Source: an uncultured Chloroflexota bacterium (GTDB taxonomy: Bacteria > Chloroflexota > Dormibacteria > Dormibacterales > Dormibacteraceae). Taken from it: a DNA stretch of 64,000 nt. A program made the translations under genes and the position numbers. Location: assembly GCA_937921725.1 (NCBI GenBank), contig CAKZUH010000019.1, positions 976 through 64,975 on the forward strand. The letters run 5' to 3'. Within the stretch, counting starts at the first letter, position 1. Every line of letters begins with the position of its first letter. The notes beneath the pieces were generated by a model. That model did not search any database. It was not told the origin of the DNA and saw nothing but the letters and a program-made list of their open reading frames with translations. Below are positions 1 through 9,006 of the stretch, piece by piece.

Positions 1-32
1 GAGCGGCTCGAGCTCGAACGATTGTGGGTCGA

Positions 33-236
33 TTAGGCCAGCTTGATCCGGTTTGCGCGAGGACCTTTCTGGCTCGGCTCGATCTCGAAGCTCACACGCT
101 CGCCTCCGGCAAGGGAGTCGAAGTTGACGCTCGAGTCAAGGCCGGTGCGATGGAAGAAATACTCCTTCCCGTCCTCGGCCGCGATGAAGCCGAATCCGCG
201 GTCGGAGACCAGCTTCTTGATTGTCCCAGTGGGCAT
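33..236 (-). CDS. Cold-shock protein, CspA family
   Basis: Within ORF 33..275. Internal ATG at 236 gives MPTGTIKKLVSDRGFGFI... (RNP1-like GFGFI). GAGGAG Shine-Dalgarno lies 7 nt upstream. About 67 aa, typical Csp size. Confidence 0.93.
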   Translation of the reverse strand: MPTGTIKKLVSDRGFGFIAAEDGKEYFFHRTGLDSSVNFDSLAGGERVSFEIEPSQKGPRANRIKLA

Positions 237-247
237 CGACAATCTCC

Positions 248-292
248 TCTTCTCGAAAGCTAGTCGCGAACGCACGGGTCCTTTCGAGAAGA
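248..292 (-). promoter_or_regulatory. 12-bp perfect stem-loop in the csp 5' leader, directly abutting the SD
   Basis: tcttctcgaaag (248..259) is the exact reverse complement of ctttcgagaaga (281..292), with a 21-nt loop. On the mRNA strand the 3' arm ends immediately 5' of GAGGAG. Confidence 0.4.
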
Positions 293-530
293 TCCGACCG
301 CGGCGAACATCGCCCGACTACCGGGGACAGAACTACCTTACCACCCGTCCAGAGGCGTGGCCGAAAACCCTCGGCGAGAGATTCGGCGATCCAGGTGGTC
401 CGCATTCGGGTGAAGCGACGAGCAGCGCAGCGAGCGCATCGCAGATGCGTGAGCGAGCAGCGCAGGAGCTGAGCCCGAAGACGGGCCGCATGGGCGCAGA
501 AGATCCGCCGACGGCTTTTCGGCCGCGGCT

Positions 531-1379
531 CTAGGCGGCTAGCAGCGCGACTCCAGCGAGCGCCGCGACCGCCCCGGAGAGCTTCATCGCGGCCCCACGC
601 CGCTCGCGCATCCGCCACACGCCCCACGCGGCCACGGCGACGATGGCCGTCTCGCGCACTGGCGCGACGACCGCGAGCGGCGCAATGCTCAAGGCCCAGA
701 GGACCAGGAAGTAGCCCGCCCACATGAAGGCGCCGATCACCGTCGACCTGGCCCAACCAGGGCTCGCCAACGCGGTCGACGTGTCGCGGAATCGCGAGAC
801 GATCCAGAGCGCGATGGGCAGCTCGATCGCCATCAGCGTGAACAGCAGCCACGCGTAGAACCACGGCGCCGCGAGCCGGACGCCGACCCGGTCGACCGAT
901 GTATACGCGGCGATGCAGACGCCCGTGAGCAACGCCGGGACCGTGCCGCGGCCGCCCGCCTGCGAGACGGTGACCGCGAGAATGCCGGCCAGCAGCAGGC
1001 CGACACCGGCGAGCTGAACAACCGACAGGCGCTCGCCGAGAACCACGAGCCCGACCCCGACCGCGAGCAGAGGCGCGGTGCCGCGCGCGATCGGGTAGAC
1101 GGCGGACAGGTCGCCGCGCCTGTATGCGAGCGACAGGAGCAGCAGGTAGACGGTCTCGAGGGCAGCCGAAAGCAAGCAGAAGCCGAGCGCCGTGGCGTTG
1201 AAGCCCGGACGGCCAAGGATCAACAGCTCGGGGATCAAGGCGATCGTCGCGACGACCGCCGACGTCAACGTGACGCGTCGAAACGTCGCGATCGGATCGC
1301 CGCTCACCTTGACCAGCACGTTCCAGGTGCCGTGCAGCGCCGCCGCCGCCAGGGCCAGCGCGACTCCGAATGCGATCAC
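531..1379 (-). CDS. EamA/DMT-family membrane transporter
   Basis: About 10 hydrophobic segments and a duplicated EamA-like architecture. GTG at 1379 overlaps the upstream gene's stop (GTGA). The N-terminal 41 aa of the longer ORF are Arg/Pro junk. Confidence 0.8.
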   Translation of the reverse strand: MIAFGVALALAAAALHGTWNVLVKVSGDPIATFRRVTLTSAVVATIALIPELLILGRPGFNATALGFCLLSAALETVYLLLLSLAYRRGDLSAVYPIARGTAPLLAVGVGLVVLGERLSVVQLAGVGLLLAGILAVTVSQAGGRGTVPALLTGVCIAAYTSVDRVGVRLAAPWFYAWLLFTLMAIELPIALWIVSRFRDTSTALASPGWARSTVIGAFMWAGYFLVLWALSIAPLAVVAPVRETAIVAVAAWGVWRMRERRGAAMKLSGAVAALAGVALLAA

Positions 1380-2071
1380 CTGTCGGCGGGTCGCGGCGGG
1401 CGGGCGAGCAGCCGTCCGAGAAGCCTGTACACCTCCGGGTTCACGACGAGACCGTTGTGCGAGCCCCAGACCGACATCGCCGGGATGTCGGGCCGCAGGC
1501 ACGAGCGGAAGTTCACGACGTCGTCGTCGGGTGTGTAGATCGAGGTTGTCGGCACCGCAGGCGACAGCTTCAGGTCGTAGGTGAAGCGGCCTTCGAGGTT
1601 GAAGCGCCTGCCGTACGCGAGCTCATTCGCAGTCCGCACGATGCCGACCGCGTGGTGGGTCATGGCGGCGAGGTCGGTCCAGTCGGCCAGCGGTGAGCCG
1701 AGCGCGATCACCTGCTCGACGATCTCCGGCCGGCGCTGCGCCATCACCTTGGCCAGCAAACCGCCGCGGCTGTGACCGACGAGGCTCACCCGGGAGCCCG
1801 TCTCCTTCGCGATAGCTCCCACCCTGCGGCGAAGGGCGGCGAGGATTCGCTCCGAATGCTGGACGTTGAATAGGATTCCGGAGAGGTACGACTTGTAGCC
1901 GAGACGGAACAGCCAGTTCTCGAGCACCCTGAGCGTCCAGTCGCCGGCGAGAAATCCGGGCACCAGCAGGACGGGCCGCCCGTCGCCTCGAGGAACGCCG
2001 CGGCCGCGAAAAACCGGGTCGCGCATCAGGGCGGAAAACTCGCGCAGCGCAAGCGGATCCCACAGCCTCAC
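1376..2071 (-). CDS. Alpha/beta-fold hydrolase (lipase/esterase-like), paralog 1
   Basis: LLVPGFLAGDWTL and a GHSRGG nucleophile elbow. Clear paralog of 3879..4676. Start chosen at GTG 2071, downstream of the preceding stop at 2121. Confidence 0.8.
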   Translation of the reverse strand: MRLWDPLALREFSALMRDPVFRGRGVPRGDGRPVLLVPGFLAGDWTLRVLENWLFRLGYKSYLSGILFNVQHSERILAALRRRVGAIAKETGSRVSLVGHSRGGLLAKVMAQRRPEIVEQVIALGSPLADWTDLAAMTHHAVGIVRTANELAYGRRFNLEGRFTYDLKLSPAVPTTSIYTPDDDVVNFRSCLRPDIPAMSVWGSHNGLVVNPEVYRLLGRLLARPPRPADR

Positions 2072-2120
2072 CGGAGTGTCACTCCGTGCGATGGTAGGTG
2101 TTCGACTCGCGACGCCGGAC

Positions 2121-3119
2121 TCAGTCGGCGTAGACACCGCCGTCGGCGCCGACCTGGACGTTGATCGAAGCCAGCGGAGTCGGGGCTGGGCCCGCGACGA
2201 CGGCCGCCCCATGGGCCGGGTCGAACAGCGCGCCATGACACGGGCAGGACAGCAGGCGCTGGTTCGAGTCATACGCGACTGTGCAGCCGGCGTGAGTGCA
2301 GACCGCGTCGAACGCGACCACATTCCCGCCGGAGAGCGACACCGCCACCGCCGGGTCGCCTGTCTTCGGATCCTGGAAGTTCAGGAAACCTTGAGATTGC
2401 AGGTCGGCGAGGGCGCCGATCCTCGTCCCGGTCGGAGAGGCGACTGCGGTCGGAGAGGTCGTCGGGCTTGGAGAAACGTCCGCGGGCGCGGCGACGGTCG
2501 TGCCTCGGGTGCGCGGCCACAGGCCGAGCACCCACACTGCCGCCACCGCCGCGCCGCCGATCTGGAGGAGGAGCCGGCGCCGGTCGAGGTCGGCCTTGCG
2601 CGGGCGGGGCCTACTGGTCGCCGAGTCGGGTCCGAAGATCAGCGGCCGGGCGGTGGCCACGCCCTGGTCGCCGACCAGGACGAGCGTGATCCACGCCACG
2701 GCGTAGATGCTGTCCGAGCCGAGGAAGTAGGGCTGGACCGTCCAGCTTGCGGTGAGGAAGAAAACAATGTTCACGACCGCGCCGACCGCGGCCGCCCATC
2801 GCGTGGCGATTCCCAGCAGAACAAGGCCCCCGACCACCAGCTCAGTGGCGATGACGGCGATCCCGGTCAGCTGCGGCGTCGGAAGGGCAAGCGCCTGGAC
2901 CAGGAAACCGATCGGCGAGTGAGCCGCGAACGCCTGAAGCTGCGTGCCGATGTAGGTCGAGGATCCCGACTGCAGAAAGCCCGGATCCAGGATTTTCTGC
3001 AGGCCGGCGTAGGCGAACGTGGCGCCCAGGAACAGCCGCAGCGGCAGCGTTGCGTAGCCAAGCCACCGATCCCGATCAGGCGGCTCGATGGCGGGGCGCT
3101 GGACGCGCTTCTTGCCCAT
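2121..3119 (-). CDS. DoxX-like membrane domain fused to a Rieske [2Fe-2S] domain
   Basis: The N-terminal half has 4 TM helices (DoxX-like). Mid-protein RRRLLLQIGGAAVAAVWVLG and a P/T/S linker follow. The C-terminus has CTHAGC...CPCHG Rieske ligand boxes. Confidence 0.85.
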   Translation of the reverse strand: MGKKRVQRPAIEPPDRDRWLGYATLPLRLFLGATFAYAGLQKILDPGFLQSGSSTYIGTQLQAFAAHSPIGFLVQALALPTPQLTGIAVIATELVVGGLVLLGIATRWAAAVGAVVNIVFFLTASWTVQPYFLGSDSIYAVAWITLVLVGDQGVATARPLIFGPDSATSRPRPRKADLDRRRLLLQIGGAAVAAVWVLGLWPRTRGTTVAAPADVSPSPTTSPTAVASPTGTRIGALADLQSQGFLNFQDPKTGDPAVAVSLSGGNVVAFDAVCTHAGCTVAYDSNQRLLSCPCHGALFDPAHGAAVVAGPAPTPLASINVQVGADGGVYAD

Positions 3120-3188
3120 GCGAGGTTAAATCGTCCCAGGGATGGCTGAGGAATCGCTGAGACTTCTGGCACAATTGATTTTACATAC

Positions 3189-3201
3189 AGTTTGTTAAAC
3201 T
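3189..3201. promoter_or_regulatory. Candidate TetR operator palindrome AGTTT-gtt-AAACT
   Basis: 5+3+5 palindrome in the AT-richer divergent region between the Rieske gene (start 3119) and the TetR gene (GTG 3208). Confidence 0.3.
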
Positions 3202-3207
3202 AAGTTC

Positions 3208-3747
3208 GTGTCTGAGCGCACCTATCGTCTGGGGCGGCGCCAGGCGTCCGTCGACCGCACCGCGGGATCGATCCTCGCCGCGGCGCGACAGCTCGTCGCC
3301 GCGGGTTCGGCCGCGTCCGTGGGCGAGATCGCCCGCCGGGCCGGCGTATCCCGGATCACGGTCTACAACCGCTTCGGCTCCCGGGGCGGGGTGATCCAGG
3401 CCCTGGCCCCGCAGCCGGAGAAGCCGATTGAGCTGGACGGCAACCCCCGCGAGCTCCTGCAGCGGCGGCTCGCCGAGGCTTGTACGAGGTGGTCGACCGA
3501 CCCCTCTCTCTTCCGACATCTACCGCCAGGCCCCGATTCAGGTGCCTCGGCCCACAACCGCGAGCTGGCCGAGCGGCTCGCCGCAACCGATCAGCTGCGC
3601 CCCGGGTGCTCGATCAAGGAGGCGGAGGACGTCATCGGCGCGCTCACCTCGTTCGAGGTGTTCGATCGCCTTCACCGAGGGGGCCGGCGCACCCCGGCGG
3701 CCGTCGGCGAAATCCTTTGGCGGCTCGCCGGCGGAATCCTCGGGTAA
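3208..3747 (+). CDS. TetR/AcrR-family transcriptional regulator
   Basis: N-terminal HTH: SVGEIARRAGVSRITVYNRFGSRGGV. 179 aa, typical TetR size. Divergent from the Rieske operon. Confidence 0.85.
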   Translation: MSERTYRLGRRQASVDRTAGSILAAARQLVAAGSAASVGEIARRAGVSRITVYNRFGSRGGVIQALAPQPEKPIELDGNPRELLQRRLAEACTRWSTDPSLFRHLPPGPDSGASAHNRELAERLAATDQLRPGCSIKEAEDVIGALTSFEVFDRLHRGGRRTPAAVGEILWRLAGGILG

Positions 3748-3878
3748 CATCCATGACGCAGTGCGGCATCTCGAAACGCCGGGCCTCTTCATGGACGCGC
3801 TGCGCGCGTGGAGCGCGATTAAAATCCCGTCGCCGGTCGCCGCAATCCGAATAACGGAGTAACGCTCAACCCAACACC

Positions 3879-4676
3879 GTGGCCACAGCCTCAGAACCAC
3901 CCCATAGCAGGCGCCCCGGCGGGCCGAAGGCTTCGGGCCCCATGCTGCCCGACTTCCGCCACCTGGGGCGCTGGGATCCGATCCCGCCGATGTGGCTCGA
4001 GGGCCGCATCTATCTCGAGTTCCTCCGCCTGATCCGCGATCCTGTCTTCCGCGGCGAAGACGTCCCGCCCGGCCTGCGCCGGCCGGTGCTCCTGATCCCC
4101 GGATTCCTGGCCGGCGACTGGACCCTGCGCACGCAGCACGACTGGCTGCGGCGCATCGGCTACCGGCCGCGGCTTGCCGGCGTGGCGTTCAACGTCAACT
4201 ACTCCGAGGTGATGCTGCGGCCGCTGATCGACGCGCTGATTGAGATGCATCGCAAGAGCACCGCGCGGGTTTCACTCATCGGACACAGCCGGGGCGGTGT
4301 GCTGGCCAAGGTCCTCTCGCATCGTAAGCCTGACCTCGTCGAACAGGTCATCACGCTCGGCTCGCCACTCAGCGATCCCTTCGACGTGCACCCGCTCACG
4401 ATGGCGGGCGTCCGCGCCGCCCACCTCTTCAATGCCGTTCGCTACCGGCATGCAGCCTCGGTCGAGAAGCGATTTCTGCGCGACCTCAGCGCGGCACCAC
4501 GCGTCCCGACCACGTCCATCTACACGCGGTCCGACGGCGTCGTGAACTGGAAGGCGTGCCTCCGCCCCGACGTGAACGCGATCGAAGTGCACGGAAGCCA
4601 CGTCGGCCTGGCGATGAACCCCGAGGTCTATCGAATCCTCGCGCACATGCTTCCCGCGCCCTGGCGCCAGAGCTAG
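3879..4676 (+). CDS. Alpha/beta-fold hydrolase (lipase/esterase-like), paralog 2
   Basis: LLIPGFLAGDWTL, GHSRGG and LGSPL are collinear with 1376..2071. Start is uncertain (GTG 3879 or ATG 3942). Confidence 0.85.
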   Translation: MATASEPPHSRRPGGPKASGPMLPDFRHLGRWDPIPPMWLEGRIYLEFLRLIRDPVFRGEDVPPGLRRPVLLIPGFLAGDWTLRTQHDWLRRIGYRPRLAGVAFNVNYSEVMLRPLIDALIEMHRKSTARVSLIGHSRGGVLAKVLSHRKPDLVEQVITLGSPLSDPFDVHPLTMAGVRAAHLFNAVRYRHAASVEKRFLRDLSAAPRVPTTSIYTRSDGVVNWKACLRPDVNAIEVHGSHVGLAMNPEVYRILAHMLPAPWRQS

Positions 4677-4683
4677 CGACTAA

Positions 4684-4791
4684 CATCGAGTCGAGCGGGA
4701 GCTTGCTGCAAACGACAGCAGGCTGAGAGGGCGCCGTCGCGCCGACCGCATGAACCTGAACTGGGTAATGCCAGCGGAGGGAGGATCGATG
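4684..4791 (+). promoter_or_regulatory. TPP (THI-box) riboswitch
   Basis: Contains gggagc...gctgagag...gaacctgaactgggtaatgccagcggagggag, matching the conserved TPP aptamer core. catcga (4684..4689) pairs with tcgatg (4786..4791), which contains the ATG. Sits upstream of cytX-thiD. Confidence 0.85.
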
Positions 4792-6165
4792 AGCGACATC
4801 GCTGCTCGAGACGCCGCGGCCGACGCGTTCGGCAAGGTCGAGGCGCACGGCATAGAGGCGATCTCGGCGCGTGAGCGCCATGGCGCGCCGCGCGAGCTGG
4901 CTTTTCTGTGGGCCGGCGCCTTCGTCAACTACGCCAGCCTTTTCACGGCCAGCCTGCTCACCACGTATTACGGCCTCGGGGTGTGGGATGGGCTCGTCGC
5001 GACGACGCTCGGCACTATCTCCGCGGCGGTCATCCTCGGCCTCCTGAGCAACACGGGTCCCGCCACCGGGTTGCCGCAGATCGTCTTCACGCGGCGCATC
5101 TTCGGACTGCGAGGCTCGTACCTGGGGGCGGCGCTCACGCTGTTCCTCGCCGTCGGCTGGTTCGCGGTCGACTGCGTGATCGCGGCGCAGGCGGGCGCTC
5201 AGCTTTTCGGCGGCGAAAATCGGTGGGCGACGTTCGGGCTCGTGATTCTCATCGCTGCCATCAGCGTCGCGGTCGCGATCTTCGGCCACCAGACGATCAA
5301 AGTTCTCGAGGCCTACGGCGCGGTGACGTTCGCGATTCTTTCGGCAGCTCTCTTCCTGTTTCTCGCCCCGCAGTTCCATTGGTCGCAGGCGCCGGCGGTG
5401 TCGGGCGCCGACCACCTCGGAGCGTTCGTGCTCGGCTTCATGACCTGCTTCGCCCTGGTGGCGTCCTGGTATCCGTTCGCAAGCGATTACTCGCGCTACC
5501 TGCCCTCATCGAGCCCGCGGCGCGCAGTGACGTTCTGGCCCGTGGTCGGGATCGCCGCGCCCATGGTCCTGCTCGGCCTGTTCGGCCTTCTGCTTCCAAC
5601 CATCGACGCCAGGCTGGCCGCCAACCAGGGCGTCCTCGCGGTGATCAGCGCGCATGCGCCAGCCTGGGTCGCGATGCCATTCTTCGTCTTCATCGTCGCC
5701 GGCGAGATATGGGCGAACTACCTCGACGTCTACACCGCGGGGTTGGTGACGCTCGCGATGGGGATCCGGCTTCGCCGCTGGCAGACAGCTCTTGGCTGCG
5801 GACTTCTTGGCACAGCCCTCGCCGCATACGCCGTCTTGGTCAGCGACTTTCACGTCGCATACGAGGACTTCCTCATCCTGACCTATCTGTGGGCGCCCGC
5901 CTGGGCGGCCGTCGTGGTGCTCAGCTTCTTCGTCTTCGAGGGCAGGGCCCGGCCGGCGCCGGCACTCGCGGCGTGGCTTGCCGGCACCGTATCGAGTCTG
6001 GCCTTTGTCAACTACGCCAACCTGTTCGGCAACGTCGTGTCCGGCTCGAGCTTCTTCAACGACCGCCTCATCGCGACGCTGCACGGCGCCGACCTCTCCG
6101 GGCTGATCAGCGTTGCCGTCGCCGCGGCGGTCTACTGGGCCGGGCTGCGGCTCAGGCCCGCATGA
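4789..6165 (+). CDS. cytX: NCS1-family permease, probable hydroxymethylpyrimidine transporter (CytX-like)
   Basis: 12-TM purine-cytosine permease-like protein. Controlled by the TPP riboswitch and coupled (ATGA) to thiD. The ATG at 4750 is rejected because it lies inside the aptamer. Confidence 0.82.
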   Translation: MSDIAARDAAADAFGKVEAHGIEAISARERHGAPRELAFLWAGAFVNYASLFTASLLTTYYGLGVWDGLVATTLGTISAAVILGLLSNTGPATGLPQIVFTRRIFGLRGSYLGAALTLFLAVGWFAVDCVIAAQAGAQLFGGENRWATFGLVILIAAISVAVAIFGHQTIKVLEAYGAVTFAILSAALFLFLAPQFHWSQAPAVSGADHLGAFVLGFMTCFALVASWYPFASDYSRYLPSSSPRRAVTFWPVVGIAAPMVLLGLFGLLLPTIDARLAANQGVLAVISAHAPAWVAMPFFVFIVAGEIWANYLDVYTAGLVTLAMGIRLRRWQTALGCGLLGTALAAYAVLVSDFHVAYEDFLILTYLWAPAWAAVVVLSFFVFEGRARPAPALAAWLAGTVSSLAFVNYANLFGNVVSGSSFFNDRLIATLHGADLSGLISVAVAAAVYWAGLRLRPA

Positions 6166-6971
6166 AGCTCCCGGTCGCGCTGACCATCGCGGGCTCCGAC
6201 TCCGGAGGAGGCGCGGGCATACAGGCCGACCTCAAGACGTTTGCGGTCCTCGGCGTCCACGGCACGTCGGCCATCACCGCGATCACGGCGCAAAACACGA
6301 TCGGGGTGACCGACATCCTCGATCTGCCGCCGTCCCTGATCCGCGAGCAGATCAGGGTCGTCGTCGAGGACATGGGCGTCCAGGCCGCGAAGACCGGCAT
6401 GCTGTCGAGCCCGGAGATCATCGAAGCGGTCGCCGCCGCGGTCGAGCTGCACGGCCTGCGGACGCTCGTGGTCGACCCTGTGATGGTGGCCAAGGGCGGC
6501 GCCAAGCTGCTCCACGACGACGCCGTGGCAACACTGCGCGCGCGGCTGATCCCGCTGGCCACGATCATCACGCCGAACCTGCCGGAGACCGAGGTTTTGC
6601 TCGGCCGGAGCATCACGACCATCGAGGAGCGCCGGCTGGCGGCGCGCGACCTCGTCGCGATGGGCGCTCGCGCGGCCGTCGTGAAGGGCGGCCACGCGCA
6701 CGGCGACGTGACAGACGTCTATTTCGACGGGACAGAGCTCGTCGAGCTCCCAGCCCGGCGCATCGAGACATCCAACACGCATGGCAGCGGCTGCGTGTTC
6801 TCGGCCGCGATCACGGCCTGCCTCGCGCGCGGCGCCGAACCCCTCGACGCGGTGCGTGAGGCAAAGGATTTCATCAGCCGGGCCATCGCCCACTCCTTGG
6901 AGATCGGCCATGGCCATGGGCCGGTGAACCCTATGTTCGGGCACGCCTTGGGTCTCAGGGGAGGCGGTTAA
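6162..6971 (+). CDS. thiD: Hydroxymethylpyrimidine/phosphomethylpyrimidine kinase
   Basis: [27 protein letters not shown]...DPVMVAKGG...[12 protein letters not shown], the full ThiD signature. ATGA overlap with cytX. Confidence 0.93.
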   Translation: MKLPVALTIAGSDSGGGAGIQADLKTFAVLGVHGTSAITAITAQNTIGVTDILDLPPSLIREQIRVVVEDMGVQAAKTGMLSSPEIIEAVAAAVELHGLRTLVVDPVMVAKGGAKLLHDDAVATLRARLIPLATIITPNLPETEVLLGRSITTIEERRLAARDLVAMGARAAVVKGGHAHGDVTDVYFDGTELVELPARRIETSNTHGSGCVFSAAITACLARGAEPLDAVREAKDFISRAIAHSLEIGHGHGPVNPMFGHALGLRGGG

Positions 6972-6982
6972 GCTTTTCGCCC

Positions 6983-7945
6983 ATGAGCAAGCGAAAGCGC
7001 GCCACCCCCGGCAAGACGCCCGCCGACACCGGCAAGCCGGCCTCCGACGAATCGACGGACGACGCGGCGGTCAAGGACGACATGGTTCACGTCACTCCGG
7101 ACCTTCTGGCGGGAAGCCCGGACATCTTCGCCGGCAAGAAGACGGAAGACGTGCCGGAGGAGTTGCCGGCGCCGCCGGCTACATCCGTGGAGGACTCCGA
7201 GGCCGCCACGGAACCGGTCGAGCCCGCCTCTCCCTTCGAACCCACCGAGCCGGAGCCGGCGGAGCCCACCGAGCCGGAGCCGGCGGAGCCCACCGAGCCG
7301 GAGCCGGCCGAAGCGAGCGCGACGCTCACTCCGGAACCGGAACACTTCGTAGCTCCAGAACCTCCCACCAGTCCCCCGCCGCCGTATGTCGACGCGGTCC
7401 CCTATACGGCGCCGCAGCGGCGTGGTGGCTCCAGCCTCGCGCTCGGCATCGTGCTGGTGGTGGTGGGGATCTTCGCGTTCGTCGTCGTCATGGCGGGCGT
7501 CGACCTGACGCAGTACGGCTGGCCGCTGTTCGTCATCATCCCGGGCCTGACGCTGCTCGTGGTCGGATTCGCCGGCGTGGGTTCGGTGGCTACGATCCCC
7601 GGCGGCATCGTGACGATGCTCGGCCTTGTGCTCGCGTACCAGAACAGCAGCGGCGACTGGCCGACCTGGGCTTTCGCGTGGGCCCTGGTCGTGCCCGGTG
7701 GAGTCGGCCTAGGAATGTATCTGCAGGCGTTGCGCGATCACGACCAGCAATCGCTCCGCACCGGACGGACGCTGCTGTTCATCAGCGCGATGATCTTCAT
7801 CATCGGCTTCGTCCTGTTCGAGTCGATCCTCGGCATCAGCGGGCGTGACTACGGCGGCTTCGGCAAGGCCGCGCTGCCGCTCCTTCTGATCGTGATCGGG
7901 ATCATCCTGCTCGTGCGCAGCGCGCAGAGGAGCCGCAGAGCCTAG
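6983..7945 (+). CDS. Membrane protein with acidic Pro/Glu-rich N-terminal repeat region
   Basis: N-terminus is low complexity with (EPTEPEPA)x3. The C-terminal half has about 6 TM helices. No family recognised with confidence. Confidence 0.7.
   Translation: MSKRKRATPGKTPADTGKPASDESTDDAAVKDDMVHVTPDLLAGSPDIFAGKKTEDVPEELPAPPATSVEDSEAATEPVEPASPFEPTEPEPAEPTEPEPAEPTEPEPAEASATLTPEPEHFVAPEPPTSPPPPYVDAVPYTAPQRRGGSSLALGIVLVVVGIFAFVVVMAGVDLTQYGWPLFVIIPGLTLLVVGFAGVGSVATIPGGIVTMLGLVLAYQNSSGDWPTWAFAWALVVPGGVGLGMYLQALRDHDQQSLRTGRTLLFISAMIFIIGFVLFESILGISGRDYGGFGKAALPLLLIVIGIILLVRSAQRSRRA
7238..7309 (+). repeat. 3 x 24-bp in-frame tandem repeat
   Basis: ga[a/g]cccaccgagccggagccggc[g/c] repeated three times head to tail. 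Encodes EPTEPEPA x3. Confidence 0.9.
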
Positions 7946-8985
7946 CGAACTTTCTGCTCGAGCTTCTCCCGCGTGATCTGATACTCGGTCGCGTTGCGGT
8001 AGGGCTTGAAGCCCATGGTGCGGTTGATCTTCAGCATCGGCGCGTTCGAACCCGCGTTGCCGGTGGAGACCCACTCCGCCCGCGGGTACAGGTCGCGCAG
8101 ATGGAGCAGCATCGCCGCCTTGATCCACTTGCCGAGGCCGCGGCCACGAGCGTCGGGACGCACGCCGGTGAACTCCTGGTGGATGATCGCCGGCCGGTAG
8201 GCCGCCCACAAGGTGTCGGTCACACCCGAGATGACACCATCGGCCTCCCGCGCGATCACGGTGTGCGGCACCTCGCCGCTCATCGAATGCCGCTCGTACC
8301 ACTCGCCCATCCGCTCCGGCGTGATGACGATCTCACCGTGGTCCAGCGCCTCGAACGGAATGGTGTTGAGCATCGCCGACACCTGCGGCGCGAATTCGGC
8401 CCACTTCTCGCGGGGCATGGGGCCGTCGAACATCTCGAGCCTTGTCTCTGGCGATCGCCGCACGCCCTCCTCGACCCAGCGCTCGAGCATCGGCCAGTCG
8501 ACCTCTGAGATCTTCAGCCGGCTCTCGATCTCGGTCAGGCGGGCCTCTGCGCCCAGCCATTTCATGAACCCATTTCCGGTTTCGTCCTCAACCCAGAAAT
8601 CGGCTGTCGTCGTGCCATGCGCGCGCATTCGCTCCAGCAGCTGCGGCAGCCACAGGCTTGCGATGCCCTGCCGCCGGACATCCGGGCGGACGTAGGCGTC
8701 CGCGAAATAGAGGTGTTTGTTGGTTGCGTACTCGGGAGAGCCGGGGCGCGCCATCTCGCCGTAGAACCAGCTGAGCATCTTTCCGCCGCGCGAGATCTCG
8801 TATTGCTCGTGGATCTCGAAAGGGTTCTCGCGCTTCATTAGCCGCTCCTCGTCCGCATCCGGCCGAGGCGGGTCGTCGGGACGCAGCTCCGCCTGCCGCA
8901 TGCGGCGAAGCTCGTGATATCGCTTCCAGAAGTTGCGGTCCGCGGTGCCCGGATCGACCGGTGCGGGGACCAGCTCCCCGATCAT
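7942..8985 (-). CDS. GNAT-family N-acetyltransferase (two-domain)
   Basis: RRQGIASLWL and ARGRGLGKWIKA match acetyl-CoA-binding motif A in two tandem GNAT-like halves. Confidence 0.75.
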   Translation of the reverse strand: MIGELVPAPVDPGTADRNFWKRYHELRRMRQAELRPDDPPRPDADEERLMKRENPFEIHEQYEISRGGKMLSWFYGEMARPGSPEYATNKHLYFADAYVRPDVRRQGIASLWLPQLLERMRAHGTTTADFWVEDETGNGFMKWLGAEARLTEIESRLKISEVDWPMLERWVEEGVRRSPETRLEMFDGPMPREKWAEFAPQVSAMLNTIPFEALDHGEIVITPERMGEWYERHSMSGEVPHTVIAREADGVISGVTDTLWAAYRPAIIHQEFTGVRPDARGRGLGKWIKAAMLLHLRDLYPRAEWVSTGNAGSNAPMLKINRTMGFKPYRNATEYQITREKLEQKVR

Positions 8986-9006
8986 GAAGCGTCGATAATC
9001 TCACGA

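Noticed and set aside
4750-4788. ATG at 4750 as the start of the NCS1 permease (as in the ORF track).
   Set aside because: It lies inside the conserved TPP aptamer core (gaacctgaactgggtaatgcc). The ATG at 4789 follows a GGAGGGAGG SD.
7238-7309. Short direct repeats here and at 29605..29676 as possible CRISPR arrays.
   Set aside because: The units are contiguous with no spacers, are only 12-24 bp long, and lie in frame inside coding sequences.
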